A stretch of DNA of 64,000 nucleotides from Gemmatimonadota bacterium (GTDB lineage Bacteria; Gemmatimonadota; Gemmatimonadetes; Palauibacterales; Palauibacteraceae): contig JBDHBD010000021.1 in the NCBI GenBank assembly GCA_039587755.1, forward strand, positions 8,027 to 72,026. Reading direction: 5' to 3'. Below the pieces are notes generated by a model. That model did no database searches and had not been told where the DNA came from. It was given only the letters and a program-made list of their open reading frames with translations. The translations under genes were made by a program, and so were the position numbers. Shown piece by piece: positions 9,202 to 17,918 of the stretch; position 1 is the first letter of the stretch, and the number at the start of each line of letters is the position of its first letter.

Positions 9202-10434
9202 CTACACTCTCGCCTCTGCCCCCGCGCCCACCAGCCCGTACGCCTGCGAGAGGGCACAGATGTTCTTTCCGAGCTCGAGCTCCGAGGCCTCGTCCTCGTC
9301 GGGCTCGAGCAGGCCGGCGTTCACCCGTTTGATTTCTACGTACTCGTCCGGGAATTTCGGCAAGCTCTCGAGGATGTACTGGACGAACGGCTCCTCGCCC
9401 TTGTGAACCATCTGCAAGCCGTCGTTGGTTTCCTTGAGCTCGCCCAGCGGGGCCGCGAACTGGCCCGCGTCGTTCGCTTCCGTGCGACCGCTGAAGTGAC
9501 CCGGCATGATCAGCGTCTCGTCCGGCAGCTCGAGCAAACGGGACAGCGACCGGTAGTGGATCGGCGCCCACGTCTCTCCCTTCCCTCCCAGGTCAGGTCG
9601 AGCGATGGAGCGGATGAAGATGGAGTCACCGGTGAACAGGAAGCGGTCGTCGAGATAGAAAACGATGTTCCCGAGTGTGTGCCCCGGGACGTGCATTGCC
9701 CTGATGGTCGCCCCTCCGACAGCGAGCTCCCAGCCCTCCTTCAGGAACTCGTAGTCCATCTCCGCCGGAAGCACGTCGAGCGGGTGGATCCCGTCGTACG
9801 GGTGCAGGAAGTACGGCACCTTCAGCCAATCCGCCAGTGTCCGACCGCCACTGATGTGGTCCGCGTGGCCATGCGTATCGAGCACGGCCGTGATCTCGAA
9901 ATTCTCGGCTTCCGCCAGCTCTGAGTACTGGTCGATGTGGCGCAACGGGTCGATCACCACGCCCCTACCGTCGCTCACCACGACGTGGCTCAGGCAGCCC
10001 CGGGCCAGCCGCTGGATCTGGTAAACGGCGAGCTTGTCCTCTTCGGCCACGGTGCGCAGCTCGTAATGGTTCCCCCACGCGAGCGTGCCGCCCCCAAGAT
10101 GACGTATGTCGTAGCCCAGCGGGCGAAGCGCGTCCACCACGAAATCGGACGTGTCGCCCTTCGCGCACACAGCCAGGATCGGCTCGTCTCTCGGCATCCC
10201 CTCCATCAAGCCGCGATCGTGGGCTTCCTTCACGGACTCTACGAAGTCGAAGCTCTCGCTGGACTCCAGCATCTCGAAGTAGGGAACGTTGATCGAGCGA
10301 AGCGGCTTTGTGCCCTCGACCGGTGCGGCCTCGGCCTCATCGCGGTTGCGGATGTCGAGGATGAAGATGTCCTCCCCGCTGTGGAGCGCGTTGTTCAGCC
10401 TCGCGACCGTCCATTCCCCAGTCGGCGCCGTCAT
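9202..10434 (-). CDS. rhodanese domain fused to MBL-fold metallo-hydrolase (persulfide dioxygenase-like)
   Basis: N-terminal ~100 aa rhodanese-like. C-terminal domain has the metallo-beta-lactamase HxHxDH motif (DTHGHADH) and later His/Asp ligands, an architecture like PDO-rhodanese fusions. RBS GAGAGG. Confidence 0.75.
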   Translation of the reverse strand: MTAPTGEWTVARLNNALHSGEDIFILDIRNRDEAEAAPVEGTKPLRSINVPYFEMLESSESFDFVESVKEAHDRGLMEGMPRDEPILAVCAKGDTSDFVVDALRPLGYDIRHLGGGTLAWGNHYELRTVAEEDKLAVYQIQRLARGCLSHVVVSDGRGVVIDPLRHIDQYSELAEAENFEITAVLDTHGHADHISGGRTLADWLKVPYFLHPYDGIHPLDVLPAEMDYEFLKEGWELAVGGATIRAMHVPGHTLGNIVFYLDDRFLFTGDSIFIRSIARPDLGGKGETWAPIHYRSLSRLLELPDETLIMPGHFSGRTEANDAGQFAAPLGELKETNDGLQMVHKGEEPFVQYILESLPKFPDEYVEIKRVNAGLLEPDEDEASELELGKNICALSQAYGLVGAGAEARV

Positions 10435-10537
10435 ATCGAACCTCTCTTCTCCGTCGTTGTTTGGGCGGTCAAGTTATCGTGGGGCCAAGGATCGTTTCAA
10501 CGTCGCGGGCATCCGTCTGGTCGCCCGAAACCGCCGC

Positions 10538-11119
10538 TCAGATCTTCCGGTTTCGACCGAACAGCAGCCCGAGGGTCGCGGCAAAGAAGACCGATAGCGC
10601 GGCAATCACTGTGAATCTTCGCCACAAGAGGCCGACGGGATCCGCGGCCGACGTCACGACGGTCGCGAAGATGCCGTGGTCCGCCATTCCGCTCAGGAAA
10701 AAGCCACCCGACAGAGCCACGAGCGCCAGGCCGACGGTCCACCCGACCGACGCTCCGCACAGCCAAGCCGTCGTCCCGGCCGCCACCGCGGCACTGGCCG
10801 GGGCTGTCAGCCACAGGACCCACACCCCGATCACCGTGCCAGGCCCGCCCAGGAGAGCACCGAGGAGTGTCCCCGCCACAGCGACTACCGCCCCGCTTGT
10901 CAAACCGAGCAGAAACGCACGGCCGGGCAGAAACGCAGGGCCGGGTGAAGGAGATGCGGGACCGTCCTCGCCGCGCGTGTCCGGCCTAGGCCGAAACAAT
11001 CGAGTAACACGCGCGCAGGAAAGCCAGGTACGGAAGGATCGCCAGCAGGCCCGCCACGATACCGATTCGACCCGGCCACCGGTCACGGGTGCGAAAACCG
11101 AAGACGAGGGCGGCCGCAC
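10538..11119 (-). CDS. hypothetical small integral membrane protein (start uncertain)
   Basis: Hydrophobic Gly/Ala-rich helices. Overlaps the next ORF by 134 nt, so the true start is probably an internal GTG (~10879). Sits directly upstream of the sulfur operon. Confidence 0.3.
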   Translation of the reverse strand: MRPPSSSVFAPVTGGRVESVSWRACWRSFRTWLSCARVTRLFRPRPDTRGEDGPASPSPGPAFLPGRAFLLGLTSGAVVAVAGTLLGALLGGPGTVIGVWVLWLTAPASAAVAAGTTAWLCGASVGWTVGLALVALSGGFFLSGMADHGIFATVVTSAADPVGLLWRRFTVIAALSVFFAATLGLLFGRNRKI

Positions 11120-11321
11120 ACAGAAAGGGCGTTCCGAACTGAAACACGAGTGCCGAGAGAACGAAACCGAACAGCCTGCCGCTCCCCTCGACCTCCGGAG
11201 GCGTCACGGTGCCGAGACCGCCGTTCAGGTACGCGAACAGGGCGGCCACGGCCAGCGCCGTTCCCCCAGCGACCATCGACAGCTGGGCCAGACGTCTTTC
11301 GGCTTCGTTCGATTCCGTCAT
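10986..11321 (-). CDS. hypothetical small integral membrane protein
   Basis: 111 aa with 3-4 predicted TM helices; no recognisable motif. Confidence 0.35.
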   Translation of the reverse strand: MTESNEAERRLAQLSMVAGGTALAVAALFAYLNGGLGTVTPPEVEGSGRLFGFVLSALVFQFGTPFLCAAALVFGFRTRDRWPGRIGIVAGLLAILPYLAFLRACYSIVSA

Positions 11322-11339
11322 GCAGGCGATCTGCGGGTG

Positions 11340-11996
11340 CTATCTCAGTTGAATTGAAACGCGGCGCGGCTGTCCGCGCTGCGGATCCGGGTTCCTGACA
11401 ATCACACGAAAGTCGGCGGGTCGCTTGTCGAGGTGCCCGGCCGCCGACTCGTCCCAGTTCATCGACATCGGGTTCTCACGCGAGCCGTAGAACAGGGGAC
11501 AATCGGCTCTCCAGCGCCGTGACCGCAGGCTGCCTCCCGATACCGGACGTACGTCCACCGCCTGGAACTGGTTTCCCTCCTCGTCCTCCACCCCGATACG
11601 CGGGTTGCAGATGGTGATCATGCCGTCGGTGCAGTTTTCGAGGAACTGGTCGAAGGTCGTGCGGTGCCGTTCCTCGTAATTGTGGAGCACCAGGTCGACA
11701 CGGATGGTCTTGACCCGGCTGCCTCCGCTGGTGGTACCCTGCGACGCCCCGCTCACCTCGAACGTCCACGGCCCCATCTCGATCGGTTGGCCCACGTCGT
11801 AGTCCTGCGTGCAACCTGCATACAGGAGGCCGAGAAGGACACCGGTTGCGACTCGTTGGACCGGGATCGTGGTCACGATCGTCGCTAGTCCAGTGACACG
11901 GCTGCGACCCGGAACCCGCCCTCCACCGGTTCTGGGTGCTCGATCTGTAGCACGAGCCCCTCGCTGTCTACCCACACTCGAAAGACCACCACCCAC
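11340..11996 (-). CDS. hypothetical lipoprotein (start probably GTG ~11876)
   Basis: Signal peptide plus lipobox LLYAGC, then soluble domain; no family recognised. Confidence 0.4.
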   Translation of the reverse strand: MGGGLSSVGRQRGARATDRAPRTGGGRVPGRSRVTGLATIVTTIPVQRVATGVLLGLLYAGCTQDYDVGQPIEMGPWTFEVSGASQGTTSGGSRVKTIRVDLVLHNYEERHRTTFDQFLENCTDGMITICNPRIGVEDEEGNQFQAVDVRPVSGGSLRSRRWRADCPLFYGSRENPMSMNWDESAAGHLDKRPADFRVIVRNPDPQRGQPRRVSIQLR

Positions 11997-12436
11997 TGGG
12001 AAGACAGGGACCGGCTCGGGCGAAGGTTGAACAGATCACTGGGCATCGCCTGCATACAGCTATATGCGTACCCCTCGGAGTCGACGATCCGCAAGCGATT
12101 GCAGAGTAACGAGTCAATGAGACTGCGGCGGGACGCGTCATCATAGTTATCCAGCCCCCGCCAGTGGACGAACACGGCCACCAGTTTCTCGCCCGCCTGC
12201 GCCTGACCGGAGAATGGGCGAGGCATCCGCTGCATCTCCTGCGATCTTCGGACCTCCAGGCTGAGAATCCCCAGCGGGATTCGCTCTCCGCGAGCGAACG
12301 AGGTGGCCGGCTCGGGTGGCGAGCCGCACGCGATCATGGACCCGCACAGAAGGCCGCCGGTCACCGCCAGGGTCTGTACGAGCCCGGCCTTGCCGGGCTT
12401 ACCGAATTCGGGCATACGCCTGCCTCGCATATGCAT
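11885..12436 (-). CDS. hypothetical lipoprotein
   Basis: Signal peptide plus lipobox (GGLLCGSMIAC) with probable start MPEFGK at 12415; same size class as its neighbours. Confidence 0.4.
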   Translation of the reverse strand: MHMRGRRMPEFGKPGKAGLVQTLAVTGGLLCGSMIACGSPPEPATSFARGERIPLGILSLEVRRSQEMQRMPRPFSGQAQAGEKLVAVFVHWRGLDNYDDASRRSLIDSLLCNRLRIVDSEGYAYSCMQAMPSDLFNLRPSRSLSSQWVVVFRVWVDSEGLVLQIEHPEPVEGGFRVAAVSLD

Positions 12437-12950
12437 GGTGCCGGGATCCCTCCTGGAGGTTGGCCCGGTTCGGACGGTTTACGGCGGACATGTACTGGGC
12501 GAAGGCGTTCCCGAGATGCAGGTTGAAAGCCCGCATCGAGCCGTCCGGCCAGCGCTCTATGTATGGGCCCGGGCTTTGGGCCCGAAGCTCTCTCCACGCG
12601 TCGGCCACGAAGCCCACGCGGTTCCGCAGGAGGCGAAGATGCCGATATGTCTTCCTGGCCTCGGGCCACACGAGCGAGTCCGCGCGGAGTACGACACGCT
12701 GCAGTTGGCGCTGCAGCGTGTCCAGGGCAGTCATCATCTCGCGGGCGCACGGCGCATACTCCTCGCGGGTGATGCCATACCGACGGTCTTCCAGCCCATC
12801 GCATGCCGTCGGCGCAGGGGGTTCACACGCAAGGCAGACCACAGCCAGGCCCACGAGGATAATTGCTCGGGGGAGGCTCGCGGGGCAGCCGGAACCGCAC
12901 CTATCTGAACTGATCATGTTCGCGACGTGCTCGCTCATGCCGTCTAGCAC
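12399..12950 (-). CDS. hypothetical lipoprotein
   Basis: Signal peptide …ILVGLAVVCLAC with probable start MISSDR ~12917; no family recognised. Confidence 0.35.
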   Translation of the reverse strand: MLDGMSEHVANMISSDRCGSGCPASLPRAIILVGLAVVCLACEPPAPTACDGLEDRRYGITREEYAPCAREMMTALDTLQRQLQRVVLRADSLVWPEARKTYRHLRLLRNRVGFVADAWRELRAQSPGPYIERWPDGSMRAFNLHLGNAFAQYMSAVNRPNRANLQEGSRHHAYARQAYARIR

Positions 12951-12980
12951 CTTCAGCCCTCGTGCATCAAGCCTCGGGCA

Positions 12981-13925
12981 TTAGCCTTCGTGCGGGAAGC
13001 GCTCCGCCATCACCGCGAGTCGCTCGAACCGCTCGCGGCACACGCGAGTGGTCGTCTCCAGGTCGATCTCGTAGTCCTTGAAGCGCCGCTGACGCTTGAA
13101 GTATTCCGCCGGTGCCGTCCAGTCGGGCAGCACGTTCAGACGGTACGTCTTACCGTTCCACACCTCGTAGAGCGGGAACAGGCCACTCGACACGGCGATC
13201 CGGACGAGCCCTACCGAGTCGGCCGGCTCCGATTTCCACCCGGTCGGACAGGGTGAGTGCATCAGCAGGAAACGGGTTCCGGTGATAGAGAACGCGGTCT
13301 CCAGCTTGCGGCGGAAGTCCACCGGGTGGGCGATCGACAGGGTCGCCGCATACGGGATTCCGTGTGCCACCAGGATGGACATGATGTCCTTCTTGTCCTC
13401 CTTCTTCCCGGTCGGCGTGGTGGTGGTGCGCGCACCGGGCGGGGTGGCCGAGGAACGTTGGCCGCCCGTGTTCCCGTAGATCTCGTTATCGTAACAGATG
13501 TAGAGGATGTTGTCGTCGCGCTCGGCCGCCGCGGAGAGCGTGGCGATGCCGATGTCGTAGGTCCCGCCGTCACCCGCCCAGCAGATCACCTGGCCGCGCT
13601 CCTCGTTCAGGTCGCGGACACAGGCCAGCCCGGACGCCACGGCCGCCGCCGATGCGAAGGTCGTGTTCACCACGGGCGCACCGTAGCTGGTGGTGGGAAA
13701 CGCGCCGGCCGTCACCGCCCCGCAGCAGGCGGGGATCGCGAGGGTGCAGACCTCTCCCGCCTCCTCCAGCGCCCTGCCCAGCATGGTGAGCCCCACGCTC
13801 ATGCCGCACCCGCCGCAGTTCGTGTTGCCGGGGCGGAGCAGGCACTCCTCGGTGCACGGAATGGACGGAACTTCGCCCAGAGCACCCGGGCTCGGCGGTG
13901 TTCTCGTCGCTGTATCGGTCGTCAT
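12981..13925 (-). CDS. 2-oxoacid:ferredoxin oxidoreductase beta subunit (TPP-binding; Por/Vor/Kor type)
   Basis: TPP-binding GDGG…NEIYGNTGGQ motif and Cys ligands for the proximal [4Fe-4S]. ATG 13925 with GGAG RBS. Confidence 0.85.
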   Translation of the reverse strand: MTTDTATRTPPSPGALGEVPSIPCTEECLLRPGNTNCGGCGMSVGLTMLGRALEEAGEVCTLAIPACCGAVTAGAFPTTSYGAPVVNTTFASAAAVASGLACVRDLNEERGQVICWAGDGGTYDIGIATLSAAAERDDNILYICYDNEIYGNTGGQRSSATPPGARTTTTPTGKKEDKKDIMSILVAHGIPYAATLSIAHPVDFRRKLETAFSITGTRFLLMHSPCPTGWKSEPADSVGLVRIAVSSGLFPLYEVWNGKTYRLNVLPDWTAPAEYFKRQRRFKDYEIDLETTTRVCRERFERLAVMAERFPHEG

Positions 13926-13947
13926 GCCTCGCGCTCCTTGCTCCCCT

Positions 13948-15123
13948 TCAGGCGGCGATCCCCATCCACACGGGCCGGTCAGCACGTTCGCGAGTCGTAA
14001 GATCCGCCAGCACCTCCTCGATCATGGCGGGCGTCACGTCGCCTCCGCACAGACCGGTCAGGTAGTCCTGGATCAGCAGATCGCTTCGGGTCGCCTGGAA
14101 GGCGGCCCGGATGTCCTGCCAGAACACGCCGCCCATGCCCGCCGCGTAGTTGCGGTCCAGCACGCCGACCCTGCCGGCGGTACGGCACGCCTCGCGGAGC
14201 GCCTCCTCGGGGAAGGGACGGAACATCTTCAGCTTGATGAGCCCCACCTTTTCGCCCGCATCGCGGCGGGCCTGCACGACTTCGTGTGCCGTCGTGGCGA
14301 TGGAGCCGATCGCGACCAGGATCGTCTCCGCGTCTTTCGTGCCCAGGGTCTGCAGCGCGTCACCCGGGTCGCGGCCAAACATCTCCATGAACTCCGCTCG
14401 AGCCTCCTGGAGAACCGTCGGGACCCTTGACATCGCCTCGTCGATCTCGAGCCGCAGCGACGTGGCCACGTCGGGCCACATCAGACCGCCCAGCGTCTTG
14501 GGATCGTCGTGCCGCATCCGGTGCGGCAGGTCCAGATCCGGAAGGTAGCGGTCCGTCTGGCTCTGATCGGCCAGGTCCGTCTCACCCTGCGTGTGCGACA
14601 GGATGAAGGCGTCGAGCGACACGAGCGCCGGCAACAGGATCCGGTGATCCTCCGCGATGCGGAACGCGAGCAGCGTCGTGTCCATCACCTCCTGATTGCT
14701 CTCGCAGTAGAACTGGATCCAGGGAAAGTCCCGCAGCATCAGCGTGTCGCCGTGATCCGCCCAGATGTTCCAGGGAGGTCCGAGCGTGCGGTTCACCGTC
14801 GCCATCACGATCGGGAGCCGATAGTAGCCGGCTACCATGATGTTCTCGACCATGTAGGCGAGGCCGTTGGACGAGCTGGCGGTGAACGCGCGCGCGCCGG
14901 CGAGCGAAGCTCCGATCGACACTCCCATCGCGCTGTGCTCGCTCTCGACCGGCACGACCCGACACTTTGTGAACGGAAACTTCGCCACGTACTCGACGAT
15001 CTCCGTCTGTGGCGTGATCGGATAGATCCCGCACGCGGCACCCCGCGCTTCGCGGTTCGCTTCCGCCGCGACGCTCAGCGCGTGACCTGCGGCGTGATTC
15101 CCGGTGACGACTTCTACAGGCAT
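13948..15123 (-). CDS. 2-oxoacid:ferredoxin oxidoreductase alpha subunit
   Basis: Typical PorA/KorA N-terminus (…VVTGNHAAGHA…GIYPITPQTEIVEY…). Start ATG 15123 with GGAG RBS. Confidence 0.85.
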   Translation of the reverse strand: MPVEVVTGNHAAGHALSVAAEANREARGAACGIYPITPQTEIVEYVAKFPFTKCRVVPVESEHSAMGVSIGASLAGARAFTASSSNGLAYMVENIMVAGYYRLPIVMATVNRTLGPPWNIWADHGDTLMLRDFPWIQFYCESNQEVMDTTLLAFRIAEDHRILLPALVSLDAFILSHTQGETDLADQSQTDRYLPDLDLPHRMRHDDPKTLGGLMWPDVATSLRLEIDEAMSRVPTVLQEARAEFMEMFGRDPGDALQTLGTKDAETILVAIGSIATTAHEVVQARRDAGEKVGLIKLKMFRPFPEEALREACRTAGRVGVLDRNYAAGMGGVFWQDIRAAFQATRSDLLIQDYLTGLCGGDVTPAMIEEVLADLTTRERADRPVWMGIAA

Positions 15124-15171
15124 GGCGGCGGCTCCTGGCTCTCGTGGCGCTGGCTGGCCCTCAGACGGCAT

Positions 15172-17547
15172 TCAGAGATGACTCATGAAGATCACGTTGC
15201 GGGGGCACTCGGTGACACAGATCCCGCACCCCTTGCAGTACGCATAGTCGAACACCAGCTGGTGCCCGACCCGCTTGAGTACCCCCTCGGGGCAATAGGT
15301 GACACAGAGATCGCACTCGTTGCACACGCCGCACGACAGGCACCGCTTCGCCTCGCTCGGATCCGTCAAGCCCATGTGGATCTCGTCGAACGTGGACTGG
15401 CGGGTCGTCATGGGCAGGCTGGCGCCCTCCTGACCCGACTGACGCTCGAACAGGTGGAGCCGCATGGCGTCGGGGCGGATCACGTCGTCGTGCCAGACGT
15501 CCACGTCCCGCCGGTCCGCGGCGTGCTCGGTGATCTCCGTCCGCTCGCCGCTCAGCGCACCATGAATGTGGATTGCAGAGCGTCGTCCGCTCCCGATCGC
15601 GCCTGCCACCGTTCCGTCGTTGGTCGCTAGGTCGCCGATCGCGAACACGGGCGTCTCCAGCAGCCCGAGCAGCTCTTCCCCTTCCCTCACCTCGGTCCCC
15701 TCCGGGAATACGCTGAGGTCGGGAGATTGCCCGAGTGCGAGGATCACGCGGCTGCACTGCAGCTCGAAGTCCGACCCAGGAATCTCCACCGGGCGACGAC
15801 GGCTGGACTTGTCGGGTTCGCCGAGCTCCATGCGCCGGCAGGTGAGCCGATAGCCAGCGCCGTCGGGGCCCGCAGCGTGGGCCGAGGCGGCTTCCGACTC
15901 CGCGACTGTCCCCTCGGCTGCGGAACCGTCCGGCTGCAGCGAGATCGGTTGGACCAGATAATCGAGCTGCACTCCCTCCTCGAGTGCCTCGTCGATCTCC
16001 TCCGCGATGGCCGGCATTTCTTCCCGCGTGCGGCGGTACACGACGCGAGCGCTGTTCGCGCCGAGACGCAGCGAGGAGCGGGCGGCATCCATCGCCGTGT
16101 TCCCGCCACCCACCACGACCACATCCTCTCCGTCCACCCGAACGCGGCCGCGTCGCACCAGGTCGAGGAAGTCGATCCCCTGATCGACGGCTGGGGTGTC
16201 GCCGATCCCCAGCCGCAGTCCGCGCAGCTCCTGCAGGCCGGTCGCGACGAGCACGGCGTCGTGCTGGCCGGCCATCTCCATGAGCCCGCGCCGATCGATC
16301 GGATGCTCGGTGACGGCCTCCACCCCGAGCGCCAGGATGCGACCGATCTCGTGGTCCAGCACGTCCTCGGGCAGCCGAAAGCGTGGAATCCCCGAGCGAA
16401 GGAGCCCCCCCAGGTCAGCCGTCGATTCGTACACCGTGACCCGATAGCCATAACGAGCGAGATGGTAGGCGGCGGTCAGCCCGGCCGGCCCCGAGCCGAC
16501 GACCGCCACCCGCTCATCGTGAACCTCCACGGGGTTGAGCGCCGCGTTCCCGTTGTCGCCGGCGTAACGTTCCAGCTGCCGCACGTTGACCGCGCCGTCC
16601 AGATCGATCCGATTGCACGAAGCCATGCACGGGGCCGGGCACACCCGTCCGCACACAGCCGGGAACGGGCTGCTCTCCAGCAGGATCTCGAGCGCTCGGT
16701 CGGGGTCGTCGTGGGCCAGGGCGTGCAAGAACCCCTGCACGTCGTTCCCGGCCGGGCAGACATGGTTGCAGGGAGGGATGTACTGCTGTCGGTGCGGCTG
16801 CTCCGTAGCCCACTGTCCCGTCTCGATCCCCGGCAGGTCGCCACCCGCCCCTTCGAGAAAGCTCGGTCCCCGTGGAACGATCGTGTACGGGGCGGCCGTT
16901 TCCGCCGACTCCTCTTGGATTCCCGCCTCTTCCGCCCCTTCCGGCACTGCTCCCCCTGGCGCGGTCGCTTCCTCCAGGCCGACGCCGGCGTCGGCCGCGG
17001 CATCTCCGGCAAGGCGCAGCGCCTCGTGCGCCTGGCTCGCCGCCGCGATGTTCGGCCCCACGAAACCCAGGTGCTCGAGAGCGTCGTGAATCTCCGTTAG
17101 CTCGAAGCCGAGCAGCCGCGCGGCGGCCCCGGCGAGCGCCGTGTTGACAATCGGCACACTTCGGGTGCCCAGCTTGTTGGCGCGGGCGATAGCGGTGGCG
17201 TCCACCGTCGCGACGGGATTGTCCGGAAACTGCTCCGCCAGATCCTGCGGCTCCTTCGTGGTGTTGATCAGGATCCAGCCGCCGGGCTTCAGGCCACCCG
17301 TGATGGCGGATCCGACCAGGGTCGGATCGAGGACGATGATGTGGTCGGGCGAGTAGATCAGGTTTCGGTTGGCGATCGGCTCGTCATCGTAGCGACAGAA
17401 GGCCTGGATGGGCGCCCCTGATCGCTCCGCGGCGTACAGACCGAAGGCCTGCACCGACTGGCCGAGCAGGAAACGGGAGGTGGCGATGATCTTGGCCAGG
17501 GTCACACCACCCTGACCGCCTCTCCCATGAATGCGGATCTCGACCAT
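15172..17547 (-). CDS. fusion protein: OFOR gamma subunit - GltD/NfnB-like NAD(P)H-dependent FAD/[FeS] oxidoreductase - OFOR delta (2x[4Fe-4S] ferredoxin) subunit
   Basis: Residues 1-~185 PorG-like. Residues ~250-690 carry GltD-type Cys clusters (CNHVCPAGNDV…CGRVCPAPCMASC) and two Rossmann GxGxxG motifs (VVGSGPAGLTAA; VVVGGGNTAMDAA). Residues ~700-791 have two CxxCxxCxxxCP motifs typical of PorD. RBS GAGGAG. Confidence 0.8.
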   Translation of the reverse strand: MVEIRIHGRGGQGGVTLAKIIATSRFLLGQSVQAFGLYAAERSGAPIQAFCRYDDEPIANRNLIYSPDHIIVLDPTLVGSAITGGLKPGGWILINTTKEPQDLAEQFPDNPVATVDATAIARANKLGTRSVPIVNTALAGAAARLLGFELTEIHDALEHLGFVGPNIAAASQAHEALRLAGDAAADAGVGLEEATAPGGAVPEGAEEAGIQEESAETAAPYTIVPRGPSFLEGAGGDLPGIETGQWATEQPHRQQYIPPCNHVCPAGNDVQGFLHALAHDDPDRALEILLESSPFPAVCGRVCPAPCMASCNRIDLDGAVNVRQLERYAGDNGNAALNPVEVHDERVAVVGSGPAGLTAAYHLARYGYRVTVYESTADLGGLLRSGIPRFRLPEDVLDHEIGRILALGVEAVTEHPIDRRGLMEMAGQHDAVLVATGLQELRGLRLGIGDTPAVDQGIDFLDLVRRGRVRVDGEDVVVVGGGNTAMDAARSSLRLGANSARVVYRRTREEMPAIAEEIDEALEEGVQLDYLVQPISLQPDGSAAEGTVAESEAASAHAAGPDGAGYRLTCRRMELGEPDKSSRRRPVEIPGSDFELQCSRVILALGQSPDLSVFPEGTEVREGEELLGLLETPVFAIGDLATNDGTVAGAIGSGRRSAIHIHGALSGERTEITEHAADRRDVDVWHDDVIRPDAMRLHLFERQSGQEGASLPMTTRQSTFDEIHMGLTDPSEAKRCLSCGVCNECDLCVTYCPEGVLKRVGHQLVFDYAYCKGCGICVTECPRNVIFMSHL

Positions 17548-17918
17548 CCCGTTCTCCTCGCCCGGTTTGCCGGCGTTTGGCCGTGTCTCGAAGGGTAAAC
17601 ATAGGGCACGATCGGGACCACGGCGCGGTACGGCGCAGAACGCGAGTTGAAGCGGCCGTTAGCCTATACAAATAAACAACTTACGAGGCCTCTGCGAACC
17701 ATCGATGCGGCCTGTGGACCCATGGGTTGGGGTAGAATGACACAGAGTAAGCGGCTCGCTGGGACACTCAGGCGATGGCTGGTGCTCCATCCCCCGAGGC
17801 AGATCGTGAACCGGGGCGTTTTGTCTCGTTTCCACGCGCTTTCCACAGTTCCATGGCCGTTGCAGCCGCGTGGAACGGCGACGAGCGGGTCGGAAGGCCG
17901 GGCGCTACGTTGTCGCCC

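Noticed and set aside
14509-15630. 373-aa + ORF across the OFOR alpha / fusion-gene junction
   Set aside because: Antisense to two well-supported genes; low-complexity Arg/Asp-rich translation.
17548-17775. AT-richer patch (…ctatacaaataaacaacttacgagg…) between the OFOR operon and the dehydratase gene
   Set aside because: Looks like ordinary divergent promoter DNA; no palindrome or conserved structure recognised.
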